In this document: positions 17,424 to 26,454 of the stretch, piece after piece
Layout of the letters: each line of letters begins with the position of its first letter
Position numbering within the stretch: position 1 is the first letter of the stretch
NCBI GenBank assembly: GCA_026014495.1
Contig: JAOZIF010000080.1
Span: 1 to 37,590, forward strand
Length of the DNA stretch: 37,590 bases
Reading direction: 5' to 3'
Source: Candidatus Bathyarchaeum sp.
GTDB lineage: Archaea; Thermoproteota; Bathyarchaeia; Bathyarchaeales; Bathyarchaeaceae
Program-made: the position numbers and the translations under genes
Notes under the pieces: generated by a model
What the model saw: the letters and a program-made list of their open reading frames with translations, nothing else
What the model was told of the DNA's origin: nothing
The model's database searches: none

Positions 17424-18289
17424 GAGTAGCGGTTATTGGCGCAGGAAAAATGGGTCGATGGTTCGCGAGAGTCTTTAGCACTGAAGGGCTTTCTGTTGTT
17501 GTTTGTAGTAGAACAAAAAGCAAAGCAGAATCGTTAAGGGCAGAGTTTGGAGTTGAGGTTGCCCGTAACAATGTGGAGGCTCTTGACGGTGCTGACTGGA
17601 TTTTGTTATGTGTATCGTTAGATAGTTTAGATGCTGTCTTGAATGAAATTGGTTCGCATGTGCGCCCAGATCAAGTTGTGATGGATATTGGTTCCATCAA
17701 AGAGATTCCAGTAAATCTGCTACACAAGTATGTGGAGCATGGAGTTACGTTAGGTACACATCCTGTTTTTGGTCCAGGCGCAAAAAGCCTTCATGGACAA
17801 AATTTTGTTCTTACTCCAGTAGGCGACGAGGAAAAGCGCTTTGCTGACGAATTCAGAGACTGGTTAGCTAAACGGGGCGCAGTGGTGTCTGTTTTATCTC
17901 CTCGAAAGCATGATGAGTTGATGTCTTTGGTTTTGGGTTTTCCTCATTTTGTGGGTTTGGTTGCTGGCGATGCTTTGATTAATTCCTCTAATTTTGTTGC
18001 TGCTAATGAGGTGGGTGGAGCCACGTATAAGTTGTTGTTGACTTTGGCAGAGGCTGTTTCTTCTGAGGACCCTAGTTTTTACTCGAATCTTCACATGAGT
18101 TTGCCTGAAATGGAAAAAATTGAGGCTTTATTCTTACGTACGGTTGAAGAGTGGCTTAGGCTGGTCAAAACTAAGGATTGTGTGAGTTTTTCGGGTAAGA
18201 TGGAGCAGGTTAAAAAACGGTTGCGTGAATTGGACCCTGAGTATGAGCAAGCTTATCGTGCCATGTATCGGCTTTTTAATGATGTCTAG
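17420..18289 (+). CDS. tyrA: Prephenate dehydrogenase
   Basis: IGAGKMG, DIGSIKE, GTHPVFGP, HDELMSLVLGFPHF motifs. Confidence 0.94.
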   Translation: MRVAVIGAGKMGRWFARVFSTEGLSVVVCSRTKSKAESLRAEFGVEVARNNVEALDGADWILLCVSLDSLDAVLNEIGSHVRPDQVVMDIGSIKEIPVNLLHKYVEHGVTLGTHPVFGPGAKSLHGQNFVLTPVGDEEKRFADEFRDWLAKRGAVVSVLSPRKHDELMSLVLGFPHFVGLVAGDALINSSNFVAANEVGGATYKLLLTLAEAVSSEDPSFYSNLHMSLPEMEKIEALFLRTVEEWLRLVKTKDCVSFSGKMEQVKKRLRELDPEYEQAYRAMYRLFNDV

Positions 18290-19116
18290 AGGCTGAAGTT
18301 TGGTTTTTTGGCTGCCTTGTAGGATCCCAGTATTTTTGTGAACACTGTTTTGTCTTTGATGCTCTCTAGGGCTTCTTGGCACTGTTTGTCAGTTCGGTGA
18401 CCTTCAAAGTCTAGGTAGAAGTGGTACTCCCATGGAGTCTGCTTTGTTGGTCTTGACTCAATTTTTGTCAGGTTTATGTTTCTGTCTGCAAACTCTCCTA
18501 ATATTTTGTAGAGTGCTCCAGGGATAGATTTTGTTGCAAAGATTATTGAGGTTTTGTCTTCTCCAGAGTATGGCGAGTCCTGTTTGTCTAGGACAAAGAA
18601 TCTGGTGGAATTGTTTTTTGTGTCCTGTATTTCTCTTGCGAGTATGGGCATGTCGTAGATTTGGGCTGCTCTTTCGCTTGCTATTGCCGCGGCGTCCATC
18701 AGGTTTTCTTCTTTAATCATCTTTACACTGCCTGCAGTGTCGAATGTGGAGATTGCTTTTAGTTTGTGCTGTTCTAAGAATTTTCTGCATTGGGCTAATG
18801 CTTGGGGGTGACTGTAGACTGTTTTGATTTGGTTTATGCGTGTGCCCTTGTGGGCTATAAGGCAGTGGCTTACTTTGATTATTATTTCGCCGCAGACTTT
18901 GAGGTCATATTCTAAGAAGAGGTCGTATGTTCGGTTTACGCTGCCCTCTACCGAGTTTTCGATGGGAACAACTCCATAGTTTATGTTTCCGTTTTTGACG
19001 TTCTCAAATACGTCATCAAAGCTTTCGCAGGGCTTAACCTCAGCAGATTGACCGAAAAAACTGTAAACTGCCCTCTCACTGTAAGCGCCAAGCTCTCCCT
19101 GAAAAGCAACCTTCAT
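18286..19116 (-). CDS. pheA: Prephenate dehydratase with ACT domain, convergent to the aro operon
   Basis: AFQGELGAYSE, VVPIENSVEG, YSHPQALAQC, NSTRF, PGALY, NLTKIESRP and FYLDFEG motifs. Confidence 0.96.
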   Translation of the reverse strand: MKVAFQGELGAYSERAVYSFFGQSAEVKPCESFDDVFENVKNGNINYGVVPIENSVEGSVNRTYDLFLEYDLKVCGEIIIKVSHCLIAHKGTRINQIKTVYSHPQALAQCRKFLEQHKLKAISTFDTAGSVKMIKEENLMDAAAIASERAAQIYDMPILAREIQDTKNNSTRFFVLDKQDSPYSGEDKTSIIFATKSIPGALYKILGEFADRNINLTKIESRPTKQTPWEYHFYLDFEGHRTDKQCQEALESIKDKTVFTKILGSYKAAKKPNFSL

Positions 19117-19214
19117 GCAAGCTCACCATAGCAACATAATATTTGACTGAGACGCCAGAATAAAATGCTTTACCTCAAAAAGGGTTTGCTTACTATTGTA
19201 TTGTGCCGTGTTGT

Positions 19215-19436
19215 TCACTCTTTTATTTTGGTTGGTTTGTTTTGTAGGTATTTCTTTTTGAAGAAGAGTGTGAGTGTTGGGATTCCGCTTGTTACTGTGA
19301 ATATTATTTTGAATGTTTGATTGTTTATGTGGAGGATGGGGTCTATGGCGCTGGCTGTTATGTACAGTCCAATTAATATTATGAGGGGTATGGCAACGAA
19401 GTCTTGTATTGCCTCGTTTATTTGTCGTTCTCCCAT
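19215..19436 (-). CDS. Small two-helix membrane protein, 73 aa
   Basis: ATG preceded by GGTGA; two hydrophobic segments and a basic tail (FFKKKY); same orientation as pheA. Confidence 0.55.
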   Translation of the reverse strand: MGERQINEAIQDFVAIPLIILIGLYITASAIDPILHINNQTFKIIFTVTSGIPTLTLFFKKKYLQNKPTKIKE

Positions 19437-19527
19437 CGTTCACCCTATACATATATCTTATATCTTACTAAAAAAGATTTTATTTCCTCGCGATACTGCT
19501 AAATATTTTCCTAACTACTGTCTAATT

Positions 19528-19989
19528 GTGGTATTATTGACATCCCAGCTGGATAGCAAAGACAAGAAAATATTGAATATGTTGCAGGAGAATTCAAGAA
19601 CTTCGTATCTGCACATTGCCAGTAAGCTGGGAGTCAGCGAAGCTACAGTAAGATACAGAATCAAAAAACTACTTGACAACCGTGTCATCAGCAGGTTCAC
19701 TGTTTTGCTTGACCCAACAAAGATAGGATATCCTACAACTGGGATATTGATGGTCAAAATAGCTCCTGATCACTTTGAAGAGGCATCTAAACAAATAAGC
19801 GCCTTGGATGAAACACGACATGTTTTGCAAAGCACTGGTGACTATAACCTCGTGGCAGTGGTTAGATCTCACGATTTAGAGCATCTAAGTGATGTGCGAA
19901 AAAAAGTGGAGTTAATATCGGGTGTGAGAGAAGTTACACTCTTTGCAGCAACAAAATTGATAAAAATTGACCCCTCTTTCATGTTGTAA
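19528..19989 (+). CDS. Lrp/AsnC-family transcriptional regulator
   Basis: LDSKDKKILNMLQENSRTSY..IASKLGVSEATVRYRIKKL HTH followed by a RAM domain (STGDYN). Start GTG 19528 or TTG 19537, not 19321. Confidence 0.92.
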   Translation: MVLLTSQLDSKDKKILNMLQENSRTSYLHIASKLGVSEATVRYRIKKLLDNRVISRFTVLLDPTKIGYPTTGILMVKIAPDHFEEASKQISALDETRHVLQSTGDYNLVAVVRSHDLEHLSDVRKKVELISGVREVTLFAATKLIKIDPSFML

Positions 19990-20003
19990 CTAACCCGTTT
20001 TTT

Positions 20004-20016
20004 TGCGAAATTCGTA
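20004..20016. promoter_or_regulatory. Candidate Lrp-type operator upstream of the ybaN-like gene
   Basis: TGCG-AAATT-CGTA, the same ACG-N5-CGT architecture as the sites in the lys divergon. Confidence 0.4.
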
Positions 20017-20082
20017 AATAAATTAGATTTTTTTCATGAAAATAGCAAAAATTTTTAATATCCCAAACCATCAAGTTCTTTC

Positions 20083-20493
20083 ATGCAACCCACATCAAAA
20101 ACATCCACCGCAACAAGCAAAAACAAAATTTTTCGAACACTCTTCTTTATCGCAGGCACAATAACCCTTGCACTTGGAGCTATCGGAATCGTGCTGCCTG
20201 TTTTACCAACAACGCCCTTCCTGTTGTTGTCTTTAGCTTGCTACTTGCGAAGCTCAGAGCGGATGAGCAACTGGATGCTAAATAACAAATATTTTGGAAC
20301 ATACATAAGAAACTACAAAGAAGGCAAAGGAATACCACTCAAAACAAAACTGTTCGCATTAACCCTCCTGTGGGCAACAATACTATACTCCGCATTTTTC
20401 ATAATACCCGTATGGATAGCACAAATAATCTTACTTGCAGTAGCGACTGCAGTAACAATACATCTAGTTAAACTGCCAACATACCGCCACTAA
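20083..20493 (+). CDS. ybaN: YbaN/DUF454-family inner membrane protein
   Basis: LGAIGIVLPVLPTTPFLLLSLACYLRSSERM..W.L....FG.YI motif. Confidence 0.88.
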   Translation: MQPTSKTSTATSKNKIFRTLFFIAGTITLALGAIGIVLPVLPTTPFLLLSLACYLRSSERMSNWMLNNKYFGTYIRNYKEGKGIPLKTKLFALTLLWATILYSAFFIIPVWIAQIILLAVATAVTIHLVKLPTYRH

Positions 20494-20533
20494 TTGCAAC
20501 TTTTGGCAAACAAAAAAATCTGCCGTTTTTCAC

Positions 20534-21652
20534 TTAGTTTTTAGTTCTACGTTTTACAAGCTCTGGCAGCTTCGTTAACGTTTTTCTTAACACTTCAATG
20601 CTATCCAAGTATTCTTGGATGTCAATGTGCTCATTGGGTGTATGATCCAGCCGCGAATCTCCAGGTCCATACGTAACCACCGGAATTTTCAATGCATTAC
20701 CCAGCACATTCATGTCTCCTGTTCCAGTCTTTCTTGAAAAAGAAGCATAATTTAGGGTAGTCTTTCTTATGCCCCATGCCAAAGCCCTGACAATAACTGA
20801 CCTACGGTCAGCCTCAAACGCTTTAGCAACATCTACTGTTTCCACCGCTACTGTGACCTTTGGGTTAGTAGCTTTGTAGCGGTCAATTTTTCGTTTAACT
20901 TCTTCAAACACCTGCTCAGGAGATAGCTGAGGTGGAATGCGCAACTGAACCAAAATTTCACAATTCGACGGAATAAACGAAGCCGAACTGTTACCGCCCT
21001 TAATCCCCGTCAAACACGACGTAATCGAGTAGAATCGGCTCTTTAGTTTCTCTTCACGCATATGAAGCCTGTTAATTTGCTTCCAAAACTCCATGGCTTT
21101 TTCAATCGCATTATCAAACAGCCATGGAGCAGCAGAATGACCTGAAGGCGTCTCAACAGTAACTTTCACGGTCAAGATGCCCTTGTATCCAAAAACAACC
21201 TTCTCTAGGCCGCTAGGTTCACCAAAAATTGCGTAATCGGGCTGGATGCCTTCTTCAACAAAATGCTGAATTCCCGTGCCGCCCTTTTCTTCATCAACTA
21301 CGCCAACAACAAGAATCTTTCCCGGAAAACTGCCGTCAGCAAACTTGGACGCAGCCACAATCATTGCGGCTAGTGGTCCTTTTGCGTCAACTGAGCCTCT
21401 GCCATATAGTTGTCCGTCCTCAACGCGGACTGGTATTTCTCCCTCAACAGTGTCCATGTGTCCGCATAACAAAATAACAGGGGAGCCTTCACCAATCTCG
21501 CCAATAACGTTCCCAACTTCGTCCCTGTGAACCTGAAAACCCAGTTTATTCATTTCGTCAGCTAGGAATAGCGAAATTTCTTCTTCGTTACCTGATGGGC
21601 TGTAAATTTTTATCATACGCGTCAGCAGGTCAATCGCGTAATCTTTGTTCAT
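20534..21652 (-). CDS. lysK: [LysW]-lysine/[LysW]-ornithine hydrolase, M20 family
   Basis: SPSGNE, LCGHMDTV, GRGSVDAKGPL, VVDEE, GTGDMN, YGPGDS.LDHTPNEH; last gene of the lys operon. Confidence 0.92.
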   Translation of the reverse strand: MNKDYAIDLLTRMIKIYSPSGNEEEISLFLADEMNKLGFQVHRDEVGNVIGEIGEGSPVILLCGHMDTVEGEIPVRVEDGQLYGRGSVDAKGPLAAMIVAASKFADGSFPGKILVVGVVDEEKGGTGIQHFVEEGIQPDYAIFGEPSGLEKVVFGYKGILTVKVTVETPSGHSAAPWLFDNAIEKAMEFWKQINRLHMREEKLKSRFYSITSCLTGIKGGNSSASFIPSNCEILVQLRIPPQLSPEQVFEEVKRKIDRYKATNPKVTVAVETVDVAKAFEADRRSVIVRALAWGIRKTTLNYASFSRKTGTGDMNVLGNALKIPVVTYGPGDSRLDHTPNEHIDIQEYLDSIEVLRKTLTKLPELVKRRTKN

Positions 21653-22833
21653 TTGTTCTCCTTCTCCATAGCCGCATCCAATGCCTCTACTACTTTGTCA
21701 ATTTGCGGCTTTTCGATAACCAACGGCGGTAGGAACCTTACAACGTTTCTTCCAGCATCCAAAACAAGAACGCCGCTATTCATGCAGTCCATCAAAATAC
21801 TGTAAACGTCAAAGCGCATCTCCATGCCAATCATTAGACCTAAACCGCGAACTTCTCGAACAATGTTATATTTCTCCTGCAAAGCCTCTAGTTTACCTTT
21901 GAAATATTTTCCAAGAGTTGCTGCACGTTCCGCAAGTTTCTCCTCAACTAGTACCTCTATTGCAGCACTAGCGGCAGCACAAACCAAGGGATTACCGCTA
22001 AAAGTGCTAGAGTGTTCTCCACGCTGAAACGCTGCCATAACTTCCTCTTTTGCAAACGTTGCTCCCATAGGCAAACCGCCTGCAACAGACTTTGCAAGAC
22101 ACATTATATCAGGAACCACGTTCCAGTGTTCACAGGCGAAAACTTTTCCTGTACGACCAAAACCAGTTTGTACCTCATCAAAGATTAGTAGAACATCTTT
22201 TTCGTCACATATTTCTCGCAGTTCTGGAAGAAAATCGTCTGAAGGCAGAAGAATTCCTCCCTCGCCCCTGATTGGTTCCACGAGAATCGCGGCAGTCTTG
22301 TCCGTAATAGCAGCCTTGATTTTTTCCAGATTGTTTGGAGGAACATGTTTAAAGCCCGGAACCAAAGGCATGAACGGTCCACGATACTTCTTTTTCCATG
22401 TTGCAGAAAGCGCGCCCATAGTCTTACCGTGAAATGCGCCCATCATCGCGATTATTTCCGGTTTACCTGAAGCTTTTCTGGCAAGTTTGATTGCACATTC
22501 AACTGATTCGGCGCCACTGTTAGCCAAAAATACTCTGTCCATGCCTTTAGGTGCTAGTCCAATAAGTTTCTCTAGAAGTATTGAACGGGAATCGTTATAG
22601 AATGATGCGTGGCATGCAATGAGTGTTTCAACCTGTTTTTGTACTGCTTTTACAACTTTTGGGTGGCAGTGACCAACAACGGCTACTCCGTAGCTGCCTG
22701 TGCAGTCTATGTATTCGTTGCCGTCAATGTCCCAGACTAGGGCTCCTTTGCCTCGTGTTAAAACTAGGTCTCTTTTGGCGAAAGTTTGTGCCATAATTTT
22801 TTCTTCAAGGTCAATGATTTCTTTTTTATTCAC
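21649..22833 (-). CDS. lysJ: [LysW]-aminoadipate/glutamate semialdehyde aminotransferase, class III
   Basis: NSGAESVE, FHGKTMG, EPIRGEGG, DEVQTGFGRTG, AKSVAGG and TFSGNP motifs. Confidence 0.92.
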   Translation of the reverse strand: MNKKEIIDLEEKIMAQTFAKRDLVLTRGKGALVWDIDGNEYIDCTGSYGVAVVGHCHPKVVKAVQKQVETLIACHASFYNDSRSILLEKLIGLAPKGMDRVFLANSGAESVECAIKLARKASGKPEIIAMMGAFHGKTMGALSATWKKKYRGPFMPLVPGFKHVPPNNLEKIKAAITDKTAAILVEPIRGEGGILLPSDDFLPELREICDEKDVLLIFDEVQTGFGRTGKVFACEHWNVVPDIMCLAKSVAGGLPMGATFAKEEVMAAFQRGEHSSTFSGNPLVCAAASAAIEVLVEEKLAERAATLGKYFKGKLEALQEKYNIVREVRGLGLMIGMEMRFDVYSILMDCMNSGVLVLDAGRNVVRFLPPLVIEKPQIDKVVEALDAAMEKENK

Positions 22834-23632
22834 TGCTTATCACCGTACCGCCTTCATGCTTTAATGCCGAAGAAATTGGAGTTTTCCTGACGCCAGAACA
22901 AATGACAACTTCGCCAACGCCGTTTTTGAGGGCTTCTTTAGCAGCGTAAACTTTTGTTATCATGCCGCCTCCGATTTTTTTGAGTTTACTCTCGACGTCA
23001 TCAACACATAACTCGGGCACCACTTTGTCATTAAACATTAAGCCTTCAACATCTGTTAGTAAAACCAGCTTGTCAGCCTTCAAAGCCCCAGCGATGTTGG
23101 CTGCGGTTCGGTCAGCATCTACGTTTAGTGGTTCAAACTCTTCGCTAACGGCAACAGGAGAGACCAGCGGAACATAACCGTTATCCAGTAACAACTTTAG
23201 TAATGAAGCGTTTACTTGGTTGACTTTTCCTGTGTATCCGCCATCGATAACTTGTTTTCTTCCCTGCTCATTAACTACAATTAGTCGCTTTTTTCGTTCT
23301 GCCCGCAAAAGATATCCGTCCAGTCCTGAAAGCCCAACAACAGGTATCTCCTGTTTTTGTAGTGCAGAAACAAGTTTCTTGTTTATTTTGCCTGCCATAA
23401 CCATGGTGAATATTTCCATGGTCTCTTTGTCTGTGTACCTGCTGCGAAAGCCAGTAGGCGAAAACACGAACTTTTGTTCCTTGCCCAGTTTTGAGGCTAC
23501 CTCGGTTACGCCTTTTCCTCCGCCATGTACCAGAACTAGTTGGTGTTCAGAGAGAACACTCTTTATGTCAGAAACGATTTCGGGTGGCACCTCTTTGAGG
23601 ATGCTCCCGCCAACCTTAACTACAATCAGCAT
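22826..23632 (-). CDS. lysZ: [LysW]-aminoadipate/glutamate kinase
   Basis: VVKVGGS, VHGGG, SRYTD, GYTGK, LNVDAD and GGMITK motifs. Confidence 0.93.
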   Translation of the reverse strand: MLIVVKVGGSILKEVPPEIVSDIKSVLSEHQLVLVHGGGKGVTEVASKLGKEQKFVFSPTGFRSRYTDKETMEIFTMVMAGKINKKLVSALQKQEIPVVGLSGLDGYLLRAERKKRLIVVNEQGRKQVIDGGYTGKVNQVNASLLKLLLDNGYVPLVSPVAVSEEFEPLNVDADRTAANIAGALKADKLVLLTDVEGLMFNDKVVPELCVDDVESKLKKIGGGMITKVYAAKEALKNGVGEVVICSGVRKTPISSALKHEGGTVISSE

Positions 23633-23641
23633 CTTTTTTTA

Positions 23642-24694
23642 TCACATCGGATGATAACCTTGACATTCTAGCCCAGTTTGTTCGTCAAACCCGAGCATAA
23701 GATTCATGCACTGTACGCCTTGACCAGATGCTCCTCTCATAAGGTTGTCAATAGCAGAAAACGCAATAATCCTGTTGGTGCGTGGGTCCAATTCAAAGCC
23801 AATGTCAACAAAGTTTGTTCCCATTGTGATTTTGGGGTCGGGAAGCTGATATGGGCCTTTCTTGAATTTGACGAAGCGTATGAATTGCTCGTTTTGATAC
23901 ATGGACCTGTAAAACTTCCATACGTCTTTTGTGTCTAACGGCTCTTTTAGAAATGCATGAATTGTGGACAGTATTCCCCTGATCATGTTTACTGCATGGG
24001 GAGTAAAGCAGACTGTTACTTTTTCGTCAGTTAGCAAGTTTAGTTCCTGCTCAACCTCGGCTACGTGACGGTGATTGTTTACTTTGTATGGTCTTACACC
24101 GCCTGCCCTTTCAGGATGATGCGAAACAACAGTTGGTTTTGCACCAGCACCTGAAGAACCAATTTTCACGTCAGCAACTATCCTGTTTTTTTCTATGGCT
24201 CCTGCCTTTACAAGAGGTGCTAATCCCAGAATCGTGGCTGTAGACATGCAGCCTGGGCACCCAATTAGTTTTGCTTTCTTGATTTCTTCGCGGTGGAGTT
24301 CAGGACAGCCATAAACTGCTTCCTGCAACAGGTCTGGATGAGTGTGTTTCCATTTATACCACCTGTCGTAGTCTTTTGGGTTTTTCAGACGATAATCTGC
24401 ACCCATGTCGATAATTTTTACTCCTGTTTCAAGAAGTTGCGAAACTATTTCCAACGATTTGCCATGAGGCATTGCAGTAAACACTAAGTCACAGTTTTCT
24501 GCAATTTGGGAAATGTTCGGAGGTGTGAACTTTAGTTGTGTTGCACTTCTGAGGTTTGGGTGAACGGTGAAGATGAATTCTCCGGCATTTGCACGGGATG
24601 TTATTGTTGTTAATTCAACTTTTGGGTGGGGAAGTAGTAGCCTTGCTAGCTCTCCGCCCACGTATCCTGAGCCGCCTATTACTCCAACCTTCAT
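23642..24694 (-). CDS. lysY: [LysW]-aminoadipate/glutamate-phosphate reductase, ArgC-like
   Basis: IGGSGYVGGEL, DMGADYRL, YGCPELHR, PGCMST (catalytic Cys), IDNLMRGASGQ. ATG at 24694 follows GGAGAG; the ORF-track start at 24805 runs into lysX. Confidence 0.94.
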   Translation of the reverse strand: MKVGVIGGSGYVGGELARLLLPHPKVELTTITSRANAGEFIFTVHPNLRSATQLKFTPPNISQIAENCDLVFTAMPHGKSLEIVSQLLETGVKIIDMGADYRLKNPKDYDRWYKWKHTHPDLLQEAVYGCPELHREEIKKAKLIGCPGCMSTATILGLAPLVKAGAIEKNRIVADVKIGSSGAGAKPTVVSHHPERAGGVRPYKVNNHRHVAEVEQELNLLTDEKVTVCFTPHAVNMIRGILSTIHAFLKEPLDTKDVWKFYRSMYQNEQFIRFVKFKKGPYQLPDPKITMGTNFVDIGFELDPRTNRIIAFSAIDNLMRGASGQGVQCMNLMLGFDEQTGLECQGYHPM

Positions 24695-24708
24695 CTTTTT
24701 GCTCTCCT

Positions 24709-25890
24709 TTATTCGGAATCTATTATGCTCTGGGCGCCTTTTAGCAGTGCCTCTGCTATGTTTATGCCCGCAGCCAACCTTGTTTGTTCCCAGAACTCGG
24801 GACAAGCATTAGTTTCATGGAACATGATGTTGTGTTTGTTCTTTTCCATGTTCTCTTCAATGACTTTCTTGATGTTCTGGTAAGCTTCTTGGTTCTTGTA
24901 GTTTTCAAAAGCCGCTTCCAGCTTCTTGTTCCATTCTGGAAAGTCTGTTCTTTTAGTCTTGTCACGCTTTACGTTTTTCACGGCACCAAAAGAAGGCTCA
25001 AGTTTGTCGAACTCTCCTTTAAGGTACTCATCATCAATGTGTTTATTGTTGCCAACATCAACCATGGCGTCAAAGGCTAATAGGTATGCTTTGCTGTCTC
25101 CACCCATTGCTGCGCCACATTTGGCTGAAATGTCTCTGATATGCTTGGGCAAGTTTACTCCAATAACCATGTTGCCCAAGAACGTGTTTGTCCTAAAATC
25201 TTTGAATCCTGCCCGTGCCAGCGCTGTGGGGTAACAGTATGGTTCCTTTCCGTCCTCTTTGGTGACTATTATTCTCAAGTCATAGAACCATTTTTGGACA
25301 AGATTTTGAGCAAGAACTCCTACAGGATTAATTATTGAGGGTTCAACTTCCCTAAGAATTGTTACTAATTCTTCGCGTTCTTTAGCGAGCTTAACACTTT
25401 TTCCATGCGTGCCCGCATCTGGTTTAACTACAATATTATTGACAAGCTCTTTTTCCAACAGGTCAGCTATGTCGTTTTCGTTATGTATTTCGCGTCCATC
25501 TAACGTTTTTTCGTTAGAATCAACTGGAACATAGACTGTGTCAGGAATCCTGATTCCAGCTTGCCAAAAATGAAGCAAGGACCTTAATTTGCTAAAGCAG
25601 GCGTATTCTACACACTGCGGATTTATCACATGTTTACCGAATGCTTCCAGAACGTTGGCTGCAAATAGTCTTCTGTTTTTGCTTTGTGCACGATTTAGCA
25701 CTACTTTGATGTCTTTTAGTGTGTTTGTGTAATCTTTTCCTTTAGTTCGAAGCTTGTAACCGTTTCCATCAAATCGAACTGCAACTTTTCGGAAAGGAAT
25801 GTAAACTAGGTCTATTCCCATCTCTTCTGCAGTTAGGTTGATTCCTTTTTCATCGGTTTCGGAGCTTTCAAATAAAATACCAATACTCAT
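24709..25890 (-). CDS. lysX: Atypical LysX/ArgX-type ATP-grasp ligase with a large insertion, 393 aa
   Basis: VLNR, VINP, KPDAGTHG, DLRI, FRTN, AFDA and HETN..PEF motifs, located between lysW and lysY. Asp274 and Glu359 are 85 residues apart. Confidence 0.8.
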   Translation of the reverse strand: MSIGILFESSETDEKGINLTAEEMGIDLVYIPFRKVAVRFDGNGYKLRTKGKDYTNTLKDIKVVLNRAQSKNRRLFAANVLEAFGKHVINPQCVEYACFSKLRSLLHFWQAGIRIPDTVYVPVDSNEKTLDGREIHNENDIADLLEKELVNNIVVKPDAGTHGKSVKLAKEREELVTILREVEPSIINPVGVLAQNLVQKWFYDLRIIVTKEDGKEPYCYPTALARAGFKDFRTNTFLGNMVIGVNLPKHIRDISAKCGAAMGGDSKAYLLAFDAMVDVGNNKHIDDEYLKGEFDKLEPSFGAVKNVKRDKTKRTDFPEWNKKLEAAFENYKNQEAYQNIKKVIEENMEKNKHNIMFHETNACPEFWEQTRLAAGINIAEALLKGAQSIIDSE

Positions 25891-26001
25891 CGCTGTAATT
25901 TCATCCTCGCTTCAAATGTTTATTATGTTCATGGTGTTTCTCGGTTTACTTCTTCTTTTTTGTTTCGCATGTAAACAATAAAAAGAAATAATGAGGGGAA
26001 C

Positions 26002-26178
26002 CTACTCTCCCCAATCTTCTCCTTCAATTCCAAGCTCTTTAAGTTCGACGCAGTCTCCCTTGTTTTCAGTCACTTCTAGTTCAAGACCGCAGCTTGGGCA
26101 GCTTAGAATCTCTCCTTTCATGACGTCATCTGGGACTTCAATTTCTGCGTCGCAGTCGGGACAGTTGGCTTTCTTCAC
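26002..26178 (-). CDS. lysW: LysW amino-group carrier protein, 58 aa (absent from the ORF track)
   Basis: Hand translation: MKKANCPDCDAEIEVPDDVMKGEILSCPSCGLELEVTENKGDCVELKELGIEGEDWGE. Two CxxC pairs and the C-terminal EDWGE signature; GTG start preceded by GAGGTG. Confidence 0.97.
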   Translation of the reverse strand: MKKANCPDCDAEIEVPDDVMKGEILSCPSCGLELEVTENKGDCVELKELGIEGEDWGE

Positions 26179-26231
26179 AACTTACACCTCTTTGGTTTAA
26201 AGTGAGCCATTATAAAAAATGTTGCTGTTTA

Positions 26232-26415
26232 TAAGAATTTCGGAGTATTAGCTGAGGGTTTTGCAGTTTTTCCAACTTATTATACGAAATCCGTAGGATT
26301 GGTGCTGTAACCGTCAAGCAACTCTTGCCCAACATATCCGAAGTTACGGTGAGAAAAAAGGGAGCCAAGATACGGAAACCGTTGCTAACTTACCATAATT
26401 TGTTCAGAAATCGTT
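26232..26415. promoter_or_regulatory. Array of Lrp/LysM-type operators in the lysW-lrp divergent region
   Basis: TAAG-AATTT-CGGA 26232-26244, TACG-AAATC-CGTA 26283-26295, TACG-GAAAC-CGTT 26371-26383, TTCA-GAAAT-CGTT 26403-26415. Confidence 0.6.
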
Positions 26416-26454
26416 AAATTTTTCCGTAACTGTAGTATAGTGAGGACAAAGAAG

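Noticed and set aside
19123-19527. 109-aa minus ORF and the 69-aa N-terminal extension of the Lrp ORF
   Set aside because: Both run through promoter-like AT-rich DNA. The 73-aa ORF with a GGTGA RBS and the shorter Lrp start fit better.
25991-26200. 69-aa plus-strand ORF
   Set aside because: Antisense to the unambiguous lysW.
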